64,000 nucleotides of DNA. Origin: Heterodontus francisci. Its lineage: Eukaryota. The notes under the pieces are model-generated. The model ran no database searches and was not told where the DNA came from. It saw only the letters and a list, made by a program, of their open reading frames with translations. The stretch's first letter is position 1; every line of letters starts with the position of its first letter. The position numbers were made by a program, and so were the translations under genes. The stretch lies in contig NC_090387.1 in the NCBI RefSeq assembly GCF_036365525.1, positions 76,445,300-76,509,299 on the forward strand, given 5' to 3'. This document shows, in pieces, positions 21,776-33,153 of the stretch.

Positions 21776-24697
21776 TCAGTGTTCAAGATTCTCAACTTCT
21801 CTATTTAGCACGTTTGCTTTAGCATACACTGCGCTCTTGTCTTGTTTAGGTTTTGATGTTTTCTTGGAATCAGCAAGCTGCAGAGCGGCGTAAGTCAGCT
21901 GGTTATCACCGCTTCTTTGTTTAGTCTGTAAAAGTAATATTTCGTATCACCCGTTAGTCTATTGCCCACTCATTGCTTGAGGTAATCGAGGTTTGAAAAA
22001 GGCTGTAGTGAAATTTCTTCAATTGCCAACTTCAGATTGTAACCGGATTTTGTTTTGGTTTATTTCTCTCCGGTTTCTCCCCTCTCTGCAAACGATTCAT
22101 GTTGTGTTCCAATTCCAGACCCTCCCCTAAATCTTATTGGCATTCCGCATTAACCTTCATATAAAATTAGTTCTGAAGAAAGGTCACAACCTGAAATGTT
22201 AACTTTGTTTCTCTCTCCATTCATGCTGACAGACCAGCTGAGTATTTCCAGCACTTTCTGTTTTTTTTCCAGTTTTCCAACATCCGCAGTATTTTGCTTC
22301 TATAAAATTAGTTCTCCTACTGATGCAGCCCATTTACTACTTCAGTAAAAATAGCAAAATGAATTTCATGCTGGTCTGTTAAGGGCATGTGGAATGACGA
22401 TATTGTAAAGCACCGTTTTTAAAGCTCTGTTCGTTGAGCTTCGATAGCCGATGTGATCCTTACCCCATGGAGGAGGCTCAAAGGTCACATTTTTCAGCCG
22501 CCTTTCCCCTATCCCCGCCGATCTCTGAGACACGAAGGTCAAATATGATGATCCTAGGCTGAGATCAGTTGGCACAACATAGTGGTAGATTAAACCTGTT
22601 ATCTTTGCATTTCGTGCAGCCTAGTATCGTACCACTTAACATTGCTGATGTGTCAGTGAATGATTTGAGCTCTACCTGAGCATACACCGTCATCTGCTTC
22701 TTCTGTCGGTGTTTCGCATTGCTCCTGGTCCTGGTTTCGACAGTGGCGTAGGGCAATTCTTGTTTCGTCTGTAAAATAGATATTTGCCAGTCTTACCAGA
22801 TAGGTTTCTTCTTTTTTCATTTGTAATCGTTATTACAGTCAGACCCGAAAAAAATGGGGATAATTTTGACTGACTGCTGTCGTGTAAAACAAATGGATAG
22901 AATCCGCAACCCGTTTCACATCTCTCCTGATTTCTATTTCCAACCAAGTCAGCGGGAGAGATGCCGATTCGCCAGTACTCGTTTTATACTGTCCCATAAA
23001 GTAAACACTACCTCGGTAAATGCTGTATAGCTTGTTAGAGTTGACTCTTTTATCACAGAGTGTTGATTTTGTGGAGAAATGTTTTGGATATCATTCGCGC
23101 GAATCGCTCGCCCGACCTGGGGATAGACGGAGTGCTGTATCTCATGTCTACGTTTGTGGGATGCTTTGTCGTCTCTCAAGTTTAGAGTAGCGTAGGCGGC
23201 AATGGGCTCATTCGGTCCTTGTCTAACCTGTAAAAATAAGGTATGAAATACTGACAGCAGAGAGCTTAATACAGCAGCCAGCTACCACCAATTGGAACTG
23301 AGTCTGAAAGTGTAAATATGGAGACAGTAACGATAAAATTAGGGCTTATTTGCATTCTGTCGTCTCGCAATGATTTCATTCAACATCTCATCTATAGGGT
23401 GAGGAATAATGTTCCAAATGTGAAATCTAGAGCGCTCAAATCTTCTTAATCCTCAGTCATCCCAGCCTATTGAAAGACCTTCCAGGCGGAGCCTAAAATT
23501 GTCCTCGCTTCACTTCCAGCCATTTCCATCCCGAGCAGGAAATCAGTTGCTGGGACCCTGGCCATTCGCCCGCTCCCCCCGCAACTGCCCAACCCAGGAG
23601 TTCAGGGCGCAGGCCAATTCGGTACCGGTAGCACTGTCCCAGCTAAAACACCATAGGTGGGGATGGCACCTGGCACGTTCTGAATCTAAGAGCAAAATAC
23701 TGCGGTTGCTGGAAATCTGAAATAAAAACAGCAAATAATGCAAATACTTTGTGGAGAGAGAAGCAGAGTTAACCTTTCAGGTCTATGACCTCTCATGGAA
23801 GGTCACAGGTCTGAAACGTTGGCTCGGTTTCTCTCACCTTCTTAATCGGTCTGGTTGTGCTGCACAATGTCTCAATTAAGCAACTGGGCATCTCCGATTT
23901 TTAAAATAATTTGAATTATGAAAGGGGAAGTTGTCAGAAGTATATGTTACAGTAAATACAAATATTTATTTTGGCCTTAAAATCAAGACATCGTGCACAA
24001 AAACAAGAATTCATGCAAAACCTTTCTAAATCACTGGTGAGGCCTCAGCTGGAGCACTGTGTTCAATTCCTGGCACCACACTTGTGGAAAGATGTCAAGG
24101 CCTTCGAGAGCATGCAAAGGAAATTTACTGAAATGGTATCAGGAATGAGCGACATCAGTTATGTTGGTGAGACTATAGAATCTACGATTGTCCTCCTTAG
24201 AGCAGAGAACGTTAAGGGGAGATTTAATAGAGGTGTTCAAAATTATGAGAGGTTTTGGTAGAGTAAATAAGGAGAAACGGATTTCACTGGTGGTTGGGTC
24301 GGTATCCAGGGGACAGGGATTTAAAATAATTGGCAATTAATTCGGGAAGATGTGGATATTTTTAATGCAGCCCGCTGTTGTGATCTAAAATGCATTGCCT
24401 GAAAGGGTGGTAGAAACTTTCAAAAAGGATACATACTTGAAATGAAAATAAAATGCAGCACTATTGGTAAAGAATTGGCGAGTGGGACTAATTGGATAGT
24501 TATTTGAAAGAGTCAGCACATACACCATGGGCTCCTTCCTTGCTATAGGATTCTATGATTCTACGAAATTAAATTAATATCTTCTCGATTTAATGCAAAA
24601 TGTCCTGCTATACCCACGCCTCTTTTTGGAGGATGAAACACATTGTTAGTTACCGGCTGTTCAGCCTGACTCACTGCCTCAGAATTTTTCCTGTTGC
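21776..24697 (-). CDS. Gene B: three intact cytoplasmic exons encoding a four-tyrosine ITIM-type tail
   Basis: Exons 24697-24654 (GNRKNSEAVSQAEQP), 23227-23117 (VRQGPNEPIAAYATLNL...HSVYPQ), 21925-21776 (TKQRSGDNQLTYAALQLADSKKTSKPKQDKSAVYAKANVLNREVENLEH*); GT-AG, in frame, no stops. Confidence 0.78.
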
Positions 24698-25890
24698 CTG
24701 AAGGAAAGAGACGTCCACATTGAATAACTTATCAGTATATAAGCAAATCAACTTCATGCTTTCGATGCTAAACACAGGTACCGTGTAAAGTAAGGATACG
24801 TAAAGGTACAAATCTCTCTGAAGGTGTTAAGCAGTACCAGCCATTACAGTGCAGCATACTGTGCATGACCTTCACATACCCTCGCAGTGGCACTGCACCC
24901 AATGGAGTCGACCTTGCCTTTGTGCAATAGTATATGCCAGGGGTGTCCAACCCTTTCACGTGGTGGCGAGTTGTGTGGTGTGGTGGGGTGGGGGGTGGGG
25001 GGGAGGGGGTGCGCAGAATACAATTTTAGTCTGACATAGGGGGCTGGTGAGACAATTTCGGAAAGATAAAAACATTAAAAATTTTCTTAATATTAATCAA
25101 AGCAACAACAAATGTGCATTTTTGTGAGGAAGTTTGAAATAAGATGGTTAATTTATTGACTTACTTTGTTTTCATTATGTTAGACACTGATTTAATGAGA
25201 TGCTTGACATTTTTTTTGCTTGCACAAGTAGTCAATGTTTGCCTGCACACCTGTTGTAGTGATGTGAAGTACTTTGGATAGACGTCGATCTGTCGGCAAT
25301 GATCTTGATCACAATCTCTTCCTGTCTCTCTCTCCCTGTGTCCTCTTTTCTTTGCTTCCCTGCTCTGTGTTGTCCCCCACCCCCCCCCCCCCCCCCACAA
25401 CCCCAACCCCCTAGTTATCCTTGCTGTCTGTTTCCCCCATCACTGTCCCACTCTTTCTCTGTCAACCCTCTCGCACCTCCCTCCCTCTGCCCCCTCTTTC
25501 TCTGTCACCACCCCTCCCCCGCCCGAATCTGACAGTTGCAGAGAGAGGGAACGCTCAGCAGATCAGCTTTGTGGTTGGTCATTATTAAAAAAAAAAATCG
25601 CAAGTCAGTTGCACAGCTGACAGATGCTGAGAGCTGAAGCAGCTATTTCCGAGCTTCGGACGAATTCAGGGTTTTCGGGTGGGTTCCGACTTTTTTTTAT
25701 CAAGCCCGCCAAAAAACGCTACATCTTTCCGAAGTTCGGAAACCGCTATTCCGTCTCGCAGTACCTGTCAGCGGTGAAAGTGACAATGTTTTTTTTTCAA
25801 AAAGCCAGTCTGGAAGAAAAAGCTAATGAGAAATTGCTCATCTTCGAAATTACCAGTCATGGTCACCTGGCGAGGATGAGAGATGCCCGG
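21780..25890. repeat. Segmental duplication copy 2 (paralog of ~4840-10330)
   Basis: Direct colinear similarity that ends abruptly at the start of the 37-bp array. Confidence 0.9.
22169..22204 (+). ncRNA. Minimal type I hammerhead ribozyme motif with canonical core, at the 5' end of a ~150-bp element (22161-22315)
   Basis: AGTT-CTGAAGA-A-AGGT caca ACCT-GAAA-TG-TT-AACT. Confidence 0.6.
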
Positions 25891-27311
25891 AACAGAGGAC
25901 ATCCTTAATATCTGGATCATGACAGTAGATGAGAGTGATCCCAAACACCTAGATCGTGCAGGTATACGAGAATGATCATCAATATATAGATCGTGATGGT
26001 AGGTGAGAGTGATCCCCAATATCGAAATCATGAGGGTGGGCGAGAGTGATCCCTAATATCTAGATTGTGAGCCTGGATGAGAGAGAGATCTACAATATCT
26101 AGATCAGGAGGGTGGAACGTGGTGATCACTAATATCAAGATCAGAAGATATGAGAGCAATCCCCTATATCTGGATCAGATGTTTACGAGTGTGATGCCCA
26201 ATATTCAGATAGTGAGGGTAGGCGAGTGTGATCTCCAATATCTATATTTTGAGGGTAGAAGAGAGTGATTCCTAATCTCTAGATCACGATGGTAGACAAG
26301 AGTGATCCCAAATATCTAAATCATGAGGTTGGACGAGACTGAACCCCAATATCTAGATTGTGAGGGTAGATGAGAGTGATCCCTAACATTAGATCGTGAG
26401 GGTAGGCGAGAGTGATCCCCAATATATAAGTCAGATTGTAGACGAGAGAGATCCCCAATATTTACATTGGGAGGGCGGACGAGAGTGATCCCCAATATCC
26501 TGGTCATGAGGATGGATGAGAGTGATACACAATATCTAGATCATGAGGCTAACGAGAGTGATACCTAATATGTTGATTATGAGGGTTGGGGAGAGTGAGC
26601 CCTAATCTCTAGATCATGACAGTAGACCAGAGTGATACCCAATATCTAGATCTTGAGGGTAGGTGAGAGTGATCCCTTATATCTACATCAGGAGGGTGGA
26701 TGAGAGTTATTCCCTCTATCTAGATCAGGAGGGTGTGTGAGAGTGATCCCTAATATCTAGATCAGGAGGTTGTGTGAGAGTGCTCCCTAATATCTAGATC
26801 GTGAAGGTGGACGAGAGTGAGCCCCAATATCTAGAGCGTGAGGGTGGACGAGAGTGATCCCCAGTATCTAAATCAGGAGGGTGGACGAGAGCGATCCCCA
26901 ATATCTAGTTTGTGAGAGTTGTCAAGAGTGAGCCCTAATATCTAGATCATGACAGTGGACGAAAGTGATCCCAAATATCTAAATTGTGAGGGTGGACGAG
27001 AGTGATGACCAATATCTAGATCAGGAGGCTGGATGAGAGTGATCCCTAATATCTAAGTCAGGAGGGCGTGCGAGATTGATCCCCAATATCTCGATCAGGA
27101 GGGTGTGCGAGAGTGATCTCCAATATCTAGATCATGAGGATGGGCAAGAGTGATCCCTAATGTCTAGATTGTGAGCCTAAGTGAGAGAGATCCCCAATAT
27201 CTAGATCAGGAGAGAGGACGAGAGTGATCCCCTATATCGAGATCAGGAGGGCATACAAGTGTGAACCTCAATATCCAGATCATGAGGGTTGGCGAGAGTG
27301 GTCCCCAATAT

Positions 27312-27662
27312 TTATTTCTTTAGAGATACAGCACTGAAACAGGCCCTTCGGCCCACCGAGTCTGTGCCAACCATCAACCACCCATTTATACTAATCCTAC
27401 ACTAATCCCATATTCCTACCACATCCCCACCTGTCCCTATATTCCCTTACCACCTACCTATACTAGGGGCAAATTTTATAATGGCCAATTTACCTATCAA
27501 CCTGCAAGTCTTTTGGTGGTGGGAGGAAACCGGAGTACCCAGCGAAAACCCAAGCAGACACAAGGAAAACTTGCAAACTCCACACAGGTCGTACCCAGAA
27601 TTGAACCCGGGTCGCTGGAGCTGTGAGGCTGCGGTGCTAACCACTGCACCACTGTGCCGCCC
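27312..27662 (-). mobile_element. Full-length HE1-like V-SINE inserted in the minisatellite
   Basis: tRNA head with A/B boxes, V-domain, CR1-like tail GGGCCGAAGGGCCTGT and A-rich end. Confidence 0.9.
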
Positions 27663-29469
27663 TAGATTGTGAGAAGTAACAAGAGTGAGCCTTAATATCT
27701 AGATCGTGACAGTGGACGAGAGTTCTCCTAACTATCTAAATCGTGAGGGTAGACGAGAGTGATCCCCAATATCTAGATCAAGTTGGTAGATGAGAGTGAT
27801 CCCCTGTATCTAGAGCATGAGGGTGGACGAGAGTCAACCCCAATATCTAGATCATGTGGGTGGATGAGAGTGATCCCCAATATCTAGAGCGTGACGGTGG
27901 ATGAGAGTGATCCCCAATATCTAGATCATGCGGGTAGATGAGAGTGATTCCCAATATCTAGAGAGTGAGGGTGGACGAGAGTGATCCCCAATATCTGGAG
28001 CGTGAGGGTGGACGAGAGTGATCCCCAATATCTAGATTGTGAGAGGTGACGAGAGTGAGCCTTAATATCCAGATCATGAGGGTGGACGAGAGTGATCCCC
28101 AATATCGAGAGCGTGAGGGTGGACGAGAGTTCTCCCAACTATCTAAATCGTGAGGGTGGACGAGAGTTCTCCCAACTATCTAAATCATGAGGGTGGACGA
28201 GAGTTCTCCCAACTATCTAAATCGTGAGGGTGGACGAGAGTTCTCCCAACTATCTAAATCGTGAGGGTGGACGAGAGTTCTCCCAACTATCTAAATCATG
28301 AGGGTGGACGAGAGTGATCCCCAATATCTACATCGTGAGAGTGGACGAGAGTGATGACCAATAATTATTTCAGGAGGGTGGACGAGAGAGATCCTCAATA
28401 TCTAGATCAGGAGGGTGTACAAGAGTGATCCCCAATACTAAGATCGTGAGGGTGAAGAGAGGGATCCCTAATATGTAGATCATGATGGCGGACGAGAGTG
28501 AACCCCAATATCTAGATGATGAGGGTAGGCGAGAGTGATTCATAATATCTTGATCTTGAGGGTGGATGAGAGTCTCCCCAATATCTATATCGTGAGGGTA
28601 GGCAAGAGTATCCCCAATATCTAGATCATGAGAGGGGACGAGAGTAATCCCTAATATCTAGATCATGTTGGTATACGAGAGTGACCCCAATATCTAGATG
28701 GTGAGGGTTGGTGAGAATGATCCCTAATATCTAGATTGTGACCGTAGATAAGAGTGAACCCCAAAATTTCGATCCTGAGTGTATACGAGAGTGATCCCCC
28801 ATATGTAGCCCATAAGAGTAGATGAGAGATCCCCAATATCTAGCTCATGCAGGTAGACAAGAGCGATCCCCAATATCTAGATTGTGAGGGTAGATGAGAG
28901 TGATCCCCAATATCTAGATTGAGAGGGTAGATGAGGGTAATCCCTAATATCTAGATCATGAGGGTAAGCGAGAGTCATCCCCAATATCCGGATCATGAGG
29001 GTACATGAAAGTGATCCCAATATCTAGATTGTGAGGGTTGGTGAGAGTGATACCCCAAATCTAGATCACGATGGTGGACAAGAGTGTTTCCCAATATCTA
29101 GATCATGAGTGTGGATGAGAGTGATCCCCAATATCTAGATCGTGAGTGTAGGTGAGAGTGATCCCCATTATCTAGATCAGGAGGGTGGGTGAGAGTGATC
29201 CCTAATATCTAGTTCGTGAGCCTAGGTGTGAGTGATCCCCAGTATCCAGATCATGAGGGTAGGTGAGAGCGATCTCCAATATCTAGATCAGGAGGGTGGA
29301 CGCAAGTGATCCCCAATATCTCAATCATGAGGGTATACAAGAGTGATCCCCAATATCTAGCTCATGATGGTAGATGAGTGATCCCCAAATCTAGCTCATG
29401 AGGGTAGACGAGAGTGATCCCTATTATCTAGATCACGAGGGTATATGAGAGTGATACCTGATACTTAGA

Positions 29470-32400
29470 TTAGAATTAGAATTAGAACCTTACAGCGCAG
29501 TACAGGCCCTTCGGCCCTCGATGTTGCGCCGACCTGTGAAACCATCTGACCTAAACTATTCAATTTTCATCCATATGTCTATCCAATGACCACTTAAATG
29601 CCCTTAAAGTTGGCGAGTCTACTACTGTTGCAGGCAGGGCGTTCCACGCCCCTACTACTCTCTGAGTAACAAAACTACCACTAACATCTGTCCTATATCT
29701 ATCACCCCTCAACTTAAAGCTATGTCCCCTCGTGTTTGCCATCACCATCCGAGGAAAAAGGCTCTCACTATCCACCCTATCTAACCCTCTGATTATCTTA
29801 TATGTCTCTATTAAGTCACCTCTCCTCCTCCTTCTCTCCAACGAAAACACCCTCAAGTCCCTCAGCCTTTCCTCGTAAGACTTTCCCTCCATACCAGGCA
29901 ACATCCTAGTAAATCTCCTCTGCACCCTTTCCAAAGCTTCCACATCCTTCCTATAATGCGGTGACCAGAACTGCACGCAATACTCCAGGTGCGGTCTCAC
30001 CAGAGTTTTGTACAGCTGCAGCATGACCTCGTGGCTCCAAAACTCGATCCCCCTACTAATAAAAGCTAACACACCATATGCCTTCTTAATAGCCAGATTA
30101 ACCTGGGTAGCAATTTTCAGGGATTTATGTACCTGGACACCAAGATCTCTCTGTTCATCTACACTACCAAGAATCTTCCCAATAGCCCAGTACTCTGTAT
30201 TCCTGTTACTCCTTCCAAAGTGAATCACCTCACACTTTTCCGCATTAAACTCCATTTGCCATCTCTCAGCCCAGCTCTGCAGCCTATCTATGTCCCTCTG
30301 TACCCTACAACACCCTTCGGCACAATCCACAACTCCACCGACCTTCGTGTCATCCGCAAATTTACTAACCCACCCTTCTACACCCTCTTCCAGGTCATTT
30401 ATAAAAATGACAAACAGCAGTGGCTCCAAAACAGATCCTTGCGGTACACCACTAGTAACTAAACTCCAGGATGAACATTTACCATCAACCACCACCCTCT
30501 GTCTTCTTTCAGCTCGCCAATTTCTGATCCAAAGCTCTAAATAACCTTCAACCCCATACTTCCGTATTTTCTGCAATAGCCTACCGTGGGGAACCTTATC
30601 AAACGCCTTACTGAAATCCATATACACCACATCCACTGGTTTACCCTCATCCACCTGTTTGGTCACCTTCTCGAAAAACTCAATAAGGTTTGTGAGGCAC
30701 GACCTACGCTTCACAAAACCGTGCTGACTATTGCTAATGAACTTATTCTTTTCAAGATGATTATAAATCCTGTCTCTCATAACCTTTTCCAACATTTTAC
30801 CCACAACCGAAGTAAGGATCACAGGTCTATAATTACCAGGGCTGTCTCTACTCCCCTTCTTGAACAAGGGGACAACATTTGCTATCCTTCAGTCTTCCGG
30901 CACTATTCCTGTCGACAATGACGACATAAAGATCAAGGACAAAGGCTCTGCAATCTCCTCCCTGGCTTCCCAGAGAATCCTAGGATAAATCCCATCTGGC
31001 CCAGGGGACTTATCTATTTTCACACTTTCCAAAATTGCTAACAACTCCTCCTTGTGAACCTCAATCCCATTTAGCCTAGTAGTCTGAATCTCAGTATTCT
31101 CCTCGACAACATTTTCTTTCTCTACTGTAAATACTGACGAAAAATATTCATGTAACGCTTCCCCTATCTCCTCTGATTCCACACACAACTTTCCACTACT
31201 ATCCTTGATTGGCCATAATCTAACTCTAGTCATTCTTTTATTCCTGATATACCTATAGAAAGCCTTAAGGTTTTCCTTGATCCTATCTGCCAATGACTTC
31301 TCGTGTCCTCTCCTGGCTCTTCTTTGCTCTCCCTTTAGATCCTTCCTGGCTAGCTTGTAACTCTCAAGCGCCCTAACTGAGCCTTCATGTCTCATCCTAA
31401 CATAAGCCTTCTTCTTCCTTTTGACAAGTGCTTCAACTTCTTTAGTAAACCACGGCGCCCTTGCTCGACAACTTCCTCTCTGCCTGACAGGTACATACTT
31501 ATCAAGGACACGCAGTAGCTGCTCCTTGAATAAGCTCCACATTTCGATTGTGCCCATCCCCTGCAGTTTCCTTCCCCATCCTACGCATCCTAAATCTTGC
31601 CTAATTGCATCATAATTTCCTTTCCCCCAGCTATAATTCTTGCCCTGCGGTATATACCTGTCCCTGCCCATTGCTAAGGTAAACGTAACCGAATTGTGAT
31701 CACTATCACCAAAGTGCTCACCTACATCGAAATTTAACACCTGGCCGGGTTCATTACCCAGTACCAAATCCAATGTGGCATCGCCCCTGGTTGGCCTGTC
31801 TACATACTGTGTCAGAAAACCCTCCTGCACACACTGGACAAAAACTGACCCATCTAAAGTACTCGAACTGTAGTATTTCCAGTCAATATTTGGAAAGTTA
31901 AAGTCCCCCATAACCACTACCCTGTTACTCTCGCCTTTGTCGAGAATCATCTTCGCTATCCTTTCCTCTACATCTCTGGAACTATTCGGAGGTCTATAGA
32001 AGACTCCCAACAGGGTGACCTCTCCTCTCCTGTTTCTAACCTCGGCCCATACTACCTCAGTAGACGAGTCCTCAAACGTCCTTTCTGCCGTTGTAATACT
32101 CTCCTTGATTAACAATGCCACACCCCCGCCTCTTTTACCATCTTCTCTGTTCTTACTGAAACATCTAAATCCCGGAACCTGCAACATCCATTCCTGCCCC
32201 TGCTCTACCCATGTCTCCGAAATGGCCACTACATCGAGATCCCAGGTACCAACCCATGCTGCAAGCTCACCCACCTTATTCCGGATGCTCCTGGCGTTGA
32301 AGTAGACACACTTTAAACCAAGTTCTTGCTTGCCAGAGCCCTCTTGCGTCCTTGTGACCTTATCCCTGACCTCACTACTCTCAACATCCTGTACACTGGA

Positions 32401-33153
32401 ACTACAATTTAGGTTCCCATTCCCCTGTGAATTAGTTTAAACCCCCCCAAAGAGCACTAGCAAATCTCCCCCCCAGGATATTGGTACCCCTCTGGTTCAG
32501 GTGAAGACCATCCTGTTTGTAGAGGTCCCACCTACCCCAGAAAGAGCCCCAATTATCCAGGAAACCAAAACCCTCCCTCCTACACCATCCCTGCAGCCAC
32601 GTGTTCAACTCCTCTCTCTCCCTATTCCTCGCTTCGCTATCACGTGGCACAGGCAACAACCCAGAGATAACAACTCTGTTTGCTCTCGCTCTAAGCTTCC
32701 ACCCTAGCTCCCTGAATTTCTGCCTTAAATCCCCATCTCTCGTTCTACCTATGTCGTTGGTGCCTATGTGGACCACGACTTGGGGCTGCTCCCCCTCCCC
32801 CTTAAGGATCCCAAAAACACGATCCGAGACATCACGAACCCTGGCACCTGGGCGGCAACACACCAACCGTGAGTCTCTCTTGTTCCCACAGAACCTCCTA
32901 TCTGTTTCCCTAAATATGGAGTCCCCAATGACTAATACTCTGCTCCTCTTCCCCCTTCCCTTCTGAGCAACAGGGACAGACTCTGTGCCAGAGACCTGTC
33001 CCCCATTGCTTACCCCTGGTAATTTATCCCCCGCAACAGTATCCAAAATGGTATACCCGTAGTTGAGGGAAAAGGCCACAGGGGATCCCTGCATTGCCTG
33101 CTGGTTCCCTCTCCTTCCCCTGACGGTAACCCATCTACCTACATCTTTTACCT
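29470..33153 (-). mobile_element. CR1 LINE copy A: partial ORF1 (SGNH esterase) and ORF2 split by one TGA
   Basis: ORF1 GDSI/HIGTND/DGLHL (32432-33150); EN half 30889-32274, RT half 29560-30867; (TTCTAA)n tail. Confidence 0.95.
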
